Source: Eledone cirrhosa
Lineage: Eukaryota
Length of the DNA stretch: 64,000 bases
Assembly: GCA_964016885.1 (NCBI GenBank)
Contig: OZ024760.1
Location: 4,216,001-4,280,000, forward strand
Direction of reading: 5' to 3'
Position 1 is the first letter of the stretch, and the number at the start of each line of letters is the position of its first letter. The notes beneath the pieces were generated by a model. The model was not told the DNA's origin. It ran no database searches and saw only the letters and a program-made list of their open reading frames with translations. This document shows positions 1 to 12,869 of this stretch, piece by piece. Position numbers and translations under genes: made by a program.

Positions 1-1686
1 TTCCTATCGGATGACCAACCCAGTGATAATGAATCTGAAAGTAAAACTGCATCTGCAGTTTCTACGTCAACATTGTACAAAAACAGTAACAACAGCACCA
101 CCAGCCCCTCCAACATTCGATCAAACCTGTCAGTCCAAAACCAGACCTCCAAAGCCACATCATCTGTCTCTCACAAAACTGTCAACTGCCACAAAACCAA
201 TTCAGATTCTTCACACTCCAAGACCAGCAGTAAAAGTAGCAAGGTGACTGTTGATCCTTCTTCTAATCATTTGAAGGAAGAGAAGAAGAAATCAGAGTCA
301 AGTAGTAAAAATAAGCTGGAAAGAAAGAAAAGTTCTGATGACAATAAATCTAATCGAGAGAAGAAGAAGGTGGTGGAGTCTGGCAGTAAATCTTCTGAGA
401 AGAAACAAACAAGCAGTTCTGATTCCAATACCATTTCCTCTTCTAAAGAGACAAGTTCTAGCAGCAAGAAGGAGAAAAAAGATGGCCATATCAAGGACAA
501 ACATTCTACAGAAAAGATAAAAAAGCCTAAAGACCATCATAGCTTAAATACTAAGAACTGTCACGGTGTGGAACAGACTGAGAAGGAGAAAAATCGGCAT
601 AAAGGAGATGCAGAGAAGGTCGTTAGTGTGCGAGTGAAATTAAAAGGAGGACGGGGTGTGGAAGTGCAACGGAGCAACTCATCATCATCATCGTCATCAT
701 CATCATCATCATCATTGTTGTCGTCGTCATTGTCTGTGAAGAAAGGGAGTGAACCAGAACGGAGAAAAAGTGATCCATCGTTTAAAAGTGATTCAGATCA
801 GAAGAAGGAGCACGTAAGGCGTAAGAGTGAGTCGGAGAAGAAAACCGATAGCAAAGGCCAAGTGTTGGAATTAGTAAAACGAAAGAGCGAATCTGAAATT
901 AAAAAAACGGAACATGAACGGAGAAAGGAAACAATGTCCTCTGCACATAAAATTGACGCTGATTTGAAACGGAAGGAAGAGAAAAAACATGTAGCAAACC
1001 ATAACATGGTGGAGAAAAATCGTGTTGAGAAAACAAAACCGAAAAAAGACGTTGAGATCGAAAGGTCTTGCGATAAGGACAAATTGAAAAAGCTGAAATC
1101 CAAAGCTGTGGAACTCAGCAAGAAGTTAGTTAGCCCCACATCTGTGAAGTTAAATAGTGTACATAATAGTAGTAGCTCTGTAGAAAAATCAAAGAAGAGA
1201 GCTCATTCAATAGACAAGTCTGTTGAATCAAATAAAAAGAAACATTGTCGTGACAAGCATCACCATTCATCACCCGATGAGAATCGTTCCTCAAAAAAGA
1301 CTTCTTCCAACTCAGACCTGGTTTCTAAATCTATGAAACGAAAGGTCCAGTCAACGGAAGTTCTATCTAAAAGTTCATCTCTCTTCTCATTATCATCATC
1401 ATCTTCATCTAATTGCAAACTGCCTTTAAAAAAATCCAAAAATAGCCATATGGTGCGTATTTATGAGCTCTTTGGCAAAGACAGTGATGATGACGAGGGC
1501 AACGGTAGTGCTTTGAATCAGTCAGCCGGAGATGAAAGTACTGGTTTATCGGACGACGATGAACTAAATGTGATTTTTGGGGACCCAGATCTTTCTGAGA
1601 ATGATCCATATGAAGAATGTTTAAAAATCTTTAATGAATCCAATTATGAAAAACGACAATCAAAGCCAGTTAAGAACGAGAAAAAG
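1..1686 (+). CDS. REXO1: REXO1-like RNA exonuclease, large Lys/Ser-rich exon (5' end lies upstream of the window)
   Basis: Frame open from base 1 (FLSDDQPSDNESES...). Ends ...DPYEECLKIFNESNYEKRQSKPVKNEKK at the donor AAG|GTATGT (GT 1687-1688), phase 0. The D(P/T)xEECLxIFNES motif is typical of REXO1 N-terminal regions. Confidence 0.88.
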
Positions 1687-1697
1687 GTATGTATTTA

Positions 1698-1904
1698 CAT
1701 TTAAACTGGCCATATCCGGCCAGAATTCTCTCATCTGTTCAAACCGGTTTTAACTGGCTGCTCATATTTACGTTAAGGTATTGTTCTCAAAATAAATAAT
1801 ATCAAAATCTCGTAGTTTCAATATTATGTGAGATAGTTATATGAGATAAAGCCTTTCCCATGAAAATATAATAGTAAATATAGAGAAATGTAAATGCTAA
1901 AGGG
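1698..1904 (+). mobile_element. piggyBac-like MITE family copy (left end degenerate)
   Basis: Ends taaatgctaaaggg|TTAA; same body as the copies at 8068, 49884 and 58789. Confidence 0.7.
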
Positions 1905-3741
1905 TTAAATAAAAGTCGAAATTATTCATTATGGGAGTTTGGGGGCAGAGATATTTTGTCATTTTTGTCAACAAATATCTTGATTTCTATTGAGACATTC
2001 ATTAATTCATTTTATTTTTCATCGGTAAATGCGATGAGGGGGGAGATTGGCAATGCGGGTTGATTAAATACCACAAGTTATTTACATTTAAATCACCGGT
2101 TTCTCAAGTTTCATTGCTGGCTGATGTGATCTCAAGAGGTCAGAACATGAAGATATCGTCCATTCCTGCCACCAGGTGGCAATAAAAGCCTTCATTGTCT
2201 CTCTCTCTCTCTCTCTCGAACACAAACACACCTACTCTCTCCCTTTATTTATCCATCTATTAATGTATATATGATTATATCTCCCACAATGATGCTGAAA
2301 TGGCTAAAAGCTCTGTCTACCCTGTAAGGTGGTTATGCAGGTGACACAAAAAAAGCTCTTAGTCCACCATGTAAAGTACTCATGCTCATGTCATTGCTGT
2401 TGACAAAACAAAGATCTCTAGTCCACCATGTAAGGTGCTCATGTTGGTGCCATGACAAAAAGTGCACCTACCCCTTCTGACAAATGTGCCTAGTCCACAC
2501 TGTAAAGTGGCTGTAGTGATGAGATGATCAAAAGCACCCAGTTCACACGCATATATATCTCTATATATGTATGTATGTATGTATATCTATATATATATAC
2601 ACACACACACACACTTTTTTCCTAGCAAATGGAAACCCTAAACCTAATCCTAATCCAGGAAAAAATTTGATTGCGAGCATCTTGGAGGTCAGATTAGTTC
2701 ATAGCACTCAAAGAGAAATAATTATTTCCCACCAAATACGAAGTGGGGTGTAGATCTGCGAAACTCTGATGGTCTTTCTACCCACTTTCCCCCCTCCCTT
2801 TTTTTAGAAAGCTAGTCGTTTCCAACTGGTTTGGAGGCAATATACGTTGATAACACACAAAAGAAAAATAACAGAGAAAGCTCCAACGAGGAGGGAGCAC
2901 ACCTACCTCACCTACTACGTTTTCTTGGGGAAAAAAAGTCGATTGTGAGCATCTTGGGGCTCAGATTAGTTGATGGGCGGGGGGAACGATGAAAAACATT
3001 TTTTCCCACTGAAATCGAAAGGGGTGTTCATTTAAACCGAAGTCGACTAACCTGTGATAATAAAGTACCAACATTTTTGTTGTTGGTTTTGTCTTTTGAG
3101 GAGTTGGGCTGGGGAATATTCTTTGAAGAATGATTTTCATCGGATAATGATGAAAGGGTCGTCTTTTAAGACTTTGGAAATGTGGTTTGATGGAGATTTG
3201 GTTGCTATTTCTAACAGGTCAAGCAACTGCATATAGTATTCGCTCGTTGATGCGTCTGGCTCAGAGTAGTCTCCCTTTGTCCTTGAGCTGTTTAAATTTA
3301 TAGTTAAAAAGCGTGAAAAATACACATTGCCACGAATAATTTAATATCCTGTACCTCATGAAACTACTTTTGCTAGATGTTCTTGAAATGTGCAAAACAA
3401 CACTATCATTGCATCATATGAAAAATTTAAGTCGTTACCCTAATCTAAAATTCGCAATGATTTGTTGTCCACTAATAGTGATATTATAATAGACATTTAA
3501 ATTGAAAAAGCTATTTTTAGATATTAAATCATTACAGGGTGTAATGAGAGTGGCCTTAAGTCAGGAGTGGTTGTTCCATTGTCTAGTCAGTTAGTTCACC
3601 CTATATATGGATCTTTTGTAATGTATAATAAATATTTCATCAGATATTTGGAGGAAATGGTTTTATTGCTTGAGTTTAACTTTGCTGTAAGTTCCTCTCT
3701 CTACTTAACTACTTGTTATAATGGTGTGTCACACCTCTTAG

Positions 3742-4378
3742 TCTTCTTCTTTTCCTGTCCACAAGAGTGTCAGCTACAAAGCTTGGCTAGATGTGGTTCC
3801 GCCACAGCTGAACACATTGCTGTGCTGGGGTGTTCCAGCAGGGGGCATATCAGGTGCTGTGTAGTCTGTGGTTTGATACCACAGTCCCCCACAACGTCCC
3901 TATCCTTTAAATATCCCCATTTTGTCAGATTGTATTTTGCATGACCAACCAGATTTTAATCTGTTGAGGTATTTCCACACTGCATAATTTGTATCTGTTC
4001 CGGGGGGCAGTGCCTCGCTTGCCTTTAGCTCAATTGTTATTACAGATGGGAGGTTGTTAAATTTTTCTTCCTAGCGAGTGACTCTTTCACTACTTATGCT
4101 TGATGTTCCAAGAGGTGTGACACTCTTTAGGAAACTTTTTCTGGATTTAAGGCTGCTTTTGGCTAGCACATGGCCAAAGAGAGGATGTTTTTGATTTATA
4201 GTCTGTTGTTGACACTCGTTCTTGTTTGCTGCACTTTGTCATATCTCTGGTGGGGCCATGCCTGCCAGGATATGCAGATGATCTGTAGGTGTAGATTTCA
4301 GGCAGCCTGTGATGAGGTGGCAGCTAGCATTGAGGACAGGGTCTAGTTTCTGGATATGGACAGCTCGCTGCCATACTG
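3742..4378 (-). mobile_element. Degenerate non-LTR retrotransposon 3' fragment (Ingi/Vingi-like)
   Basis: Minus-strand peptide WQRAVHIQKLDPVLNASCHLITGCLKSTPTDHLHILAGMAPPEI, then a CGxxxQTxxHLxC knuckle remnant and an (AAG)n tail. Confidence 0.6.
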
Positions 4379-5009
4379 TTAATATATCTGTACAAACGAA
4401 GGCAAAACCAAAGTATTCACCAGGCATAATTTCGAACTGCCAATGAGATCACTACAACGAGACTCTGTATACAGTCTACTGACAGTTCACTTCAGTTATT
4501 ATCTATAGACATTTCGTCTAGTCCACTTTTAGATATGTGAGAGTGTTCCTTATAACACTGCTTGAGTATTTCCTGTACTTTTGTTGGGGAACAATAGCAT
4601 TGTTGCTTACATGTTGTTTCCTGCTGGACAGTCACTGATTCACTTGGGGATCCAGTCGAATCAGTTGGAAACGGTTGCTTCTGACAGGACCTGCTGGAGG
4701 AAGTGTTTGTGGCCTCTGCCTCCGTGAACCTCTCAGGAATAAGTGGATGAAGAAGAAGAGGAAGATGAAGAGGATGTTAGATGATCTGAGAAAACTTGAG
4801 AGAAACAAACAGTGCTATGCACCAGTAATAGGTACACATACACACAAGCCTGCACACACACACACACACACACATACTCACATATACAGTCACACATACA
4901 CACACACACACTACACTCACACACTCACATACACACACACACTCTTAACCAAAACTTAGATCCTCAATAAATTCATAATTGTTGTATGTTTTTTTTAAAT
5001 TTTGTTTAG

Positions 5010-5099
5010 AAGAGAGAAGTGGTGCAACTACCTCCCATGGAGGAAGGCAAGAGGAGAGTTGCACATGCAGCAGCAGCCAACAGACAGAACAATGATAAG
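5010..5099 (+). CDS. REXO1: REXO1-like exon (KREVVQLPPMEEGKRRVAHAAAANRQNNDK)
   Basis: Acceptor tttgtttag|, donor AAG|GTAAAT; 90 bp, phase 0/0. KRRVAH resembles the REXO1 KRRIAH motif. Confidence 0.82.
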
Positions 5100-5925
5100 G
5101 TAAATATTGATAGTGATGTAAGGGAAATGCACCTAGAATGCTCTGCATCCAGCTGTAGAAATCCTGTCAGAGTTTGGAGGAATCTTCAGCTATGTCAAAG
5201 ACTTCCCTAATATTGGTGCTCTACATGATAAACACACCCAGTACAAACTGAAAATTGGTTGGTGATAGGAAGGGCATCCAAGTTTGCCAAACAAAGGGTT
5301 GGGATGATTCTTTAGCTAAAGACATGACAATCACCCTATTGTTGGTGATCTGCACTATAAAGTGGTAGGTGATAGGAAGGGCATACAGCTGTAGAAAACC
5401 TGCCAAACTAAGGGTCAGGAGTACTTTTTCATCTGTGTCAAAGACATGACAACCACTCTAGTGCTGGGGCCATGATAAAATGTATTTAATATAAAGAAAG
5501 AAAGGTGAAGTTGACTTTGGTAGGATTTGGACTCAGAACATAGGAACCAGAACTAAATACTGCAAAGCATTTTACCAGATAGTTTAACTATTCTGCCGAT
5601 TCCCAACTCTACCTTATAAAGCAGATGTGATAATCACAGCACCATGGAACTACAAAAGTAGTCAAACAAGTTAGACATAGAAAAGCACCTAGAGATAGAA
5701 AATGTGGACAGTATCATTTGTGCGAATCAAACTCACAATTGCCATATGCCGGACAGCTGCCTACCATTACCCCCAAAGCGAGACTTCATCATCATCATTG
5801 TTTAATGTCCATCATCTACTCTAGCATGAGTTAGATGGATTTGTCCCATTTAGAGGCAAGTTGGGTCGGGTGACTGTGTCTCGCTCATATAGGACTTTCT
5901 GGCTGCTCTACCTGGCGGCAACCAC

Positions 5926-6922
5926 ATTTACAGTGTGTGCTGGATGCTTTTTATTGTTTTTTACACAACCACTTTACAGTGTTGGTTGGGTGCTTTTTGT
6001 CGTGACACCTACACGACCACTTTACAGTGTGGACTGGGTGCTTTTTGTCATGACACCTACACGACCACTTTACAGTGTGGGCTGGGTGCTTTTTGTCATG
6101 ATACCAACATGACCACTTTACAGTGTGGGCTGGGTGCTTTTTGTCGTGACACCAACATGACCACTTTACAGTGTGGGCTGGGTGCTTTTTGTCATGACTC
6201 CTACACGACCACTTTACAGTGTGGGCTGGGTGCTTTTTGTCATGACACCTACACGACCACTTTACAGTGTGGGCTGGGTGCTTTTTGTCATGACACCTAC
6301 ACGACCACTTTACAGTGTGGGCTGGGTGCTTTTTGTCATGATACCAACATGACCACTTTACAGTGTGGGCTGGGTGCTTTTTGTCATGACACCAACACGA
6401 CCACTTTACAGTGTGGGCTGGGTGCTTTTTGTCATGACACCTACACGACCACTTTACAGTGTGGGCTGGGTGCTTTTTGTCATGATACCAACATGACCAC
6501 TTTACAGTGTGGGCTGGGTGCTTTTTGTCATGACACCAACATGACCACTTTACAGTGTGGGCTGGGTGCTTTTTGTCATGACACCAACATGACCACTTTA
6601 CAGTGTGGGCTGGGTGATTTTTGTCATGACACCAACATGACCACTTTACAGTGTGGGCTGGGTGCTTTTTGTCATGACACCAACATGACCACTTTACAGT
6701 GTGGGCTGGGTGCTTTTTGTCATGACACCAACATGACCACTTTACAGTGTGGGCTGGGTGCTTTTTGTCATGACACCAACATGACCACTTTACAGTGTGG
6801 GCTGGGTGATTTTTGTCATGACACCAACATGACCACTTTACAGTGTGGGCTGGGTGCTTTTTGTCATGACACCAACATGACCACTTTACAGTGTGGGCTG
6901 GGTGATTTTTGTCATGACACCA
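5926..6922 (+). repeat. 48-bp minisatellite (~20 units) inside an RTE 3'-UTR-derived element that starts at ~5787
   Basis: Unit accactttacagtgtgggctgggtgctttttgtcatgacaccaacatg; explains the spurious 332-aa TTLQCGLGAFCHDTNM ORF. Confidence 0.95.
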
Positions 6923-7230
6923 CTTGCTTATAATAATAAAGGTTTTTGATGATATTCATCATCATCATTTTTACGTCTACATTTCCATGCTGACATGGGT
7001 TAGATGGGATGTTTTGAAGCAATGTGTTACCACCAAAACTCCTCCCTTGTGCTACCCCTTTTAGTCACCTCTTTGACACACGAAGATATGGTGTTCCTAT
7101 TCTAAAAACTGAGATTCATACAGTAACTGTCTAAGTTTCACTCAAGACAATAAATAAGGGGGTTAAATTAATTGAGCCTACTATTTTACTAACTTTAACA
7201 TGACTCAGTTGTGAGACGGTTCTCTCTCTA

Positions 7231-7299
<69 letters not shown>

Positions 7300-7604
7300 C
7301 CCCTCTCTCTCTCTCCTGAATGAGACTCAGTTGTGAGGATGAGGATAGTGATGATGGTGGTGATTTTGATGGTGTAGATGGGCATGTTGGTGATGATGGT
7401 GGTGATTTTGATGATGTTGATGTTGAAGACGATGAAGCTGACACTGTTGGTGATGTTGCTGACATTGATGATGATCAAGATGATGTGAGTGATGTTGATA
7501 GTGATGATGGTGATGATTTTGATGATGTAGATGTTCATGTTGAAGACAATGATGATGGTGATGATGCTTCTTTTTCATTTCTTTTCTTTTGTTTTTTCTC
7601 TCAG

Positions 7605-7742
7605 TTAAAGAAATTTATAAGGCCAGTGATAGCAAAGCCAAGCCCAGCCCAGGTGATGCAGAACCGTTTCTTGGAAATGCAGAAACGTTCGGCCAACCCA
7701 ATGTTACGTAAAGACAAACATGTCTTAGGGAAGACTCTTTTG
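7605..7742 (+). CDS. REXO1: REXO1-like exon (LKKFIRPVIAKPSPAQVMQNRFLEMQKR...KTLL)
   Basis: Long pyrimidine tract then tcag| acceptor; TTG|GTAAGT donor; 138 bp, phase 0/0. Confidence 0.8.
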
Positions 7743-8067
7743 GTAAGTTGACACATTCATCTTCTTCCACTCTCTCCAACTTTCTCTCTCTCGCCATCTT
7801 TCTCTCTCTCCTCTCTTTCTCTCCATCCTTGTCTCTCTCTCTCTCCTCTCTCTCTCTTTCTCACTCGCCATCTTTCTCCTTTCCTCCCTTTCTCATTTTA
7901 TTAGACTCTCTTAGTAACGTCTCCTTTGGTAAGTTGAGAGATCCATCCTCTCCCACCCCACTCTCTCCACCCCTCTCTGTTTTCCGAGTTGGTAGCTAGT
8001 TAGGCTAAACAGTTGTCAGGTCACGTGTTCAATTCCAGAGCAGATTCAGTGTGTTTTGTGTCCTTAA

Positions 8068-8691
8068 CCCTTTATCATTTAAACCAGCAGTATCCGTCCA
8101 GAATTCTCTCACCATTCTCTGTTCAAACTGGTTGTACCCAGCCGCTTATACTGATGTTAAGGTATTGTTTTCAACATAAATAAAATCAAAATCTCATAGA
8201 TTCGAAATTATGAGGTAAGGGTTAGGGTTACTATATAGAAGTGAAACATGGACACTTTCATCCAAACAACAAAAGCGCCTTGATGGCACCTACACTCACC
8301 TACTTCGACGCATTCAGAATATAAGCTGACAACATCTAACTTTGAAAGAAATATATGCCGGCCTCCCACACATATCTGTCGTCGTACGTAAAAGGAGAGT
8401 AAGATTTGCTGGCCTCTGCCATCATACCACCTTTGAAGCTGTGTCCCCACTAGTGCTTTGGAAACTACAAGTAGTCACTAATAACAGGAGGCGCAAGTTT
8501 TCCTATCCCGATGTCATCTCCAGAGATTCTGGTATTGAAATCCAGGACTTAGCAATGGCAATGAACGACAGACACATGTGGAGATCAATTGTTGAGTCGA
8601 TTTTGGATGAGGCTGCCAGATGATAATGTAAGGTAAAGCCTTTACCATGAAAATATAATAGTCAATATAGAGTAATGTAAATGCTAAAGGG
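8068..8691 (+). mobile_element. piggyBac-like MITE interrupted by an RTE-type LINE 3' fragment (~8245-8625)
   Basis: TTAA|ccctttatcattta ... taaatgctaaaggg|TTAA. The insert encodes KRLDGTYTHLLRRIQNI...RKRRVRFAGLCH...DRHMWRSIV. Confidence 0.75.
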
Positions 8692-9070
8692 TTAAGCAAG
8701 ACTCTTTATTTCCTGTTGTTCCTGTCCAATAAAGACGTGGGCAGAAATGTCAAAAGCTGATCTCCGGAATTTTGAATCTCACAAAGGATATGATACAGGA
8801 AAGAAACGAGTGGAAGGAAGATGTTCTGGAAAGGATGGCCTGTAGTGGTATGCACAAGCAGGACAGTCACATGACTATAGTGTAGCCTTAGTACATACAA
8901 TCCATCTAACCCATACAAGTGTGAGAAATTGATATAATACATTGATTATAAGAAGATATATATTATATCCATATATTATACAACTTTGATAGGTTTTGGC
9001 CAGTATTGGCTCAGTGTATATATATGTATATCTGTAGAATGTGTCTGTGTGTATATATATATATATATAT

Positions 9071-9445
9071 AGGCACATAGCTTAGTGGTTAGAGCATTGG
9101 CCTTGCAATCGAAAGGTTGTGAGTTCAATTCTCGGACCAGGTGATGTGTTGTATCCTTGAGCAAGACACTTTATTTCACATTGCTCCAGTTTACTCAGCT
9201 GTAGAAATGAGATGATAGGGACTGGGGTCCATATCATTCCACTGCAAAGTGGTCGTGGAGGTGCCACGGCAAAAAAAGCACCCAGCACTCACTGTAAAGT
9301 GGATGTGTAGGTGCCACACAAAAAAAGCACCCAGCACTCACTGTAAATGAGGTTGGTGTTAGGAAGGGCATCCAGCTGTAGAAATCAAGCCAGAATCAGT
9401 TTCCTTGCTAGCAGGGAAAAGCAGATGTAAGATGATGATGATGAT
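9071..9445 (+). mobile_element. tRNA-derived SINE head with CORE-like domain, joined to an RTE 3'-UTR element ending in (GAT)n
   Basis: A-box-like tagcttagtggttagagc, B-box-like gagttcaattc, gtatccttgagcaagacactt; tail gcagggaaaagcagatgtaagatgatgatg. Confidence 0.7.
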
Positions 9446-9670
9446 TATATATATATATATAATGTGTGTGTGTGTGTATATATAATGTGTGTATATATAT
9501 ATGTGTTGTGTATATATGTGTGTGTGTGTGTGTATATGTATATATATATAATGTGTATATGTGTGTGTGTATATATGTATATGTGTATATGAGTGTGTAT
9601 ATATATATTTGTGTGTGTATATATATATATGTATATGTGTGTGTATACACACATATATATATATATATAT

Positions 9671-11632
9671 AAGAGAGTATTGAAGTTTGCTTGAAGCATT
9701 GTGGAATAATAAGTAAATATCTTTAAGTCGTTTGGAAGCCTCGACAATGCAAATGGGTAAATCTCCGAGTAACAAGATCCGGTGGTGGAGAGAGAGATGT
9801 AAGTGGGTGTATGTTGAGATGCGTGGTGTGTATGAGATGTGTAGAAGAATGAAGGAAAGAGTATAAAGGATAAAATAAAAATAACAACACGAGAGAGAGT
9901 TACCTTGGGAGAGATTTAATAGTCCCTATATATTTCGGATTCACATCCATCAACTGGGGTTTTTTTTCCGGGGTGGGGGAAAGGTTGTCTGTCGGACAGG
10001 TGCGAAACGCGTCCTCTGCTGTTTGTTGTTTTGAATATCTGAGGTATTCGGCAGAGCGCGCGTGCGCGTGAAATGGGGTCGGTCGGGCAGAGGTCAGCGG
10101 CCGAATGAGGGAGTGGGGTGGCGCGAGCTGTCAGTCCATTCTCTGCCTGTTTGTTAAATGTTACTGTGTGTGTGTGCGTGTGTTGTTGTCTCGCTTGAGT
10201 GTGTGTGTGTGCGTGTGTTGTTGCCTTGTTCCTCTGTATTGGCAGTGTAGTATGTTCGTATGGTGGAATGCTACTGTGTGTGTGTGTGTGTGTGTAGTTG
10301 TCTCGTTTGTGTGTGTGCGTGTGTTGCTGCATTGTTTGTTAGCTTAAACCAGCCATCTCATTTCGCTTCTCTCTGATCGGTTGTTTATTTGCGGTTGCAG
10401 GCGTTTGATAAAAAGCGCTTCCTTGATACGTAACGTGCCGACATTTCTTTCAGTCGCTAGAATTGTGACAATGGGCCTTCCGTCTTTGTTTCCGCATTTG
10501 TCTATGTGTTTCCGGAAAGACGAGGCCCTTGTTTTAGTGTGTTCCTTGATCCTGATGTGCAAAGGTCGGATTGTGCTACCTATGTAGTATTGGTTGCACC
10601 TGTCACATTCTATCTTATACACGACGTATGTGCGTAAGCAACAGTTCGCATGGCGTATCGGGCAGTCTCTGAGGGAGCATGCGTCAGTAGATTTCCCAGG
10701 TTTTCTGGAGAGGCATCTTCGCAGGGAGGGGTCCGAGTGGGCCAGGTGGTTGTCGAGGCCCTCCCTCCGTATAGCCTTGCGGATAGCGTTGGTGGTATTC
10801 TCGCCCAGGTGTGGCATTTTAAGGAAGCACTTGCCTTGGGTGCCTCTCTGTCTCTTGCGTCTGGTGTCTCCTATTCTGTCTGTGATCGAGGTAGGGTACC
10901 CGTTCGTCTCCAGCACCTCGAGGAATCGCTTGGTATGAGTGACACCACTCGCGGGATCGCTTCATCTGTTTTTGATTCGCGCGATCTCGTTCGTGATGTA
11001 TCCTCTTTTGGCACTGTTAGGGAGGGCGGACTTGTAGTGAACGAACAGGTCCCTGCAGGCTGCCTTTCGGTAGAAGTTGCAGTGGATCCTTCCCTGTTCC
11101 GTGATGTTGATTCGGAGTCGAGGAGGGCAAGTGACCCGTCTTCGTTGGGGTGTTCAACACTGAAGTCAATGTTCTCGTCCGTGTTGTTGAACGTCTCGCC
11201 GTGTCTTGGGCTGACAGCTAGCGCCACCCCACTCCCACATTCGGCCGCTGACCTCTGCCCGACCGACCCCATTTCACGCGCATGCGCGCTTTGCCGAATA
11301 CCTCAGATATTCAAAACAACAAACAGCGGAGGACGCGTTTCGCACCTGTCCGACAGACAACCTTTCCCCCACCCCGGAAAAAAAACCCCAGTTGATGGAT
11401 GTGAATCCGAAATATATAGGGACTATTAAATGTCTCCCAAGGTAACTCTCTCTCGTGTTGTTATTTTTATTTTATCCTTTATACTCTTTCCTTCATTCTT
11501 CTACACATCTCATACACACCACGCATCTCAACATACACCCACTTACATCTCTCTCTCCACCACCGGATCTTGTTACTCGGAGATTTACCCATTTGCATTG
11601 TCGAGGCTTCCAAACGACTTAAAGATATTTAC
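9671..11632 (-). mobile_element. Penelope-like element (PLE) A, 5'-truncated, with inverted pseudo-LTR
   Basis: Minus-strand RT thumb (FNNTDENIDFSVEHPNEDGSLALLD) and GIY-YIG endonuclease (VVYKIECDRCNQYYIGST...RIKEH...EALFIKRLQPQIN). 9713-10138 and 11207-11632 are inverted copies. Flanked by (TA)n. Confidence 0.92.
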
Positions 11633-11844
11633 GTATATATATATATATATTCATATATATATACATATAAGCATATGAGTGTGAACCTCCCTGTGTGTTT
11701 ATGTGCAATGGTCTGTGAACCTAACATTAAACTTTCACCAGATGACCTCTGACTCTACATATTATGAGGTTCAGCTCTACCATTCCATTAAATCTACCAT
11801 CATCACACCTGGGCTTTGCCCTCACATTTCTGACCTCACTAGCT

Positions 11845-12232
11845 ATTATTATCACCACCACCACTACTATCACCACCACCACAATCATCATCACCACCAC
11901 AATCATCATCACCACTATTATCACCACCATCACTGCTTTCACCACCAACACCACAGTCATCATCACCACTACTATCACCACCACCACTGCGATCACCACC
12001 AACACCACAACCATCATCACCACTACTACTACCACCACTATCACCACCATCACCAACATCAACACCACTACCATCACCACCATCATCACCAACACCACCA
12101 TCACCATCATCATCACTACTACTATTATCACCACCACCGCAATCACCACAATCACCACCACCACCACCACCACCACCATCACCACCACCATCACACCCAC
12201 CACCACCACTATCAATATCACCATCATCATCA
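11845..12232 (+). repeat. (CAC/CAT)n trinucleotide low-complexity tract
   Basis: Degenerate trinucleotide repeat; gives poly-His/Thr/Val pseudo-ORFs. Similar tracts at 7335-7565, 29550-30310, 31690-32690 and 63285-63430. Confidence 0.9.
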
Positions 12233-12869
12233 TGTTTCTAATGTAAAAAGAACAGTTATAGGTAATGTCTATTATTAGAGTAGAAACAATTATTAGATTT
12301 TATCTGGGGTTTTTTTCCCTTAATACCTTGAACTTTCTCCCCCTTCTCTGTTTTAATTGCTATTAATGCTTTTAATTTCATTTATTCATTTTATGGCCTT
12401 TTCAATTAGCACCACACCACTACCATCACCAACACCACCACCATCAACACCACCTCCACCACCTGCTCAAAACAGCTAAACCCATACCCCATGTGTTGCC
12501 TCACCTTCTCCCCTCCTTCCTCTTCACATCCATTAAGATATGTCACCTATGACCTTCCACTCCTGTGTCAACTTTGTCAAATAGATTTGGTGGTTTTTGT
12601 GGAGCCCAGCAGGGGGTTATGGTTATGGTGATGGTGATTGTGTTGGGGTGAGATGGGATGGGAGTTGGTGAAAGATTGATCTGTATATGTATGAAAACAT
12701 TAGACTCCAAAATTGCATCAGACCAACCAGCAAAACTTCTCTTCTTTACTGGGGTGGGGTTAGTCATGGGGATTTTTATTATTATCTACTTACTGGCTTA
12801 TCTCTTATTTCTAACATTAGAACAAGGAATGATGAAAGTGGATTCCTTCTATTTATTTAACTATCTATA

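Noticed and set aside
73-1704. Stand-alone 543-aa gene as given in the ORF track
   Set aside because: The start is a TTG inside a frame open from base 1 and the end runs past a splice donor at 1687; it is an internal exon.
5935-6933. 332-aa Cys-rich repeat ORF, or a CRISPR-like array
   Set aside because: Head-to-tail 48-bp units with no unique spacers, derived from an RTE UTR motif, in a eukaryotic intron.
9071-9145. tRNA-like sequence (also 32845-32915)
   Set aside because: No intact cloverleaf; continues directly into SINE body, so it is a SINE head.
10344-10916. Selenocysteine-type (Naiad-like) PLE
   Set aside because: No in-frame TGA at Cys positions in the visible GIY-YIG region and no SECIS recognised.
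11703-12278. His-rich, Thr-rich and Val-rich ORFs (also 30022-30372 and 32271-32774)
   Set aside because: Trinucleotide low-complexity tracts; no splice or homology support.
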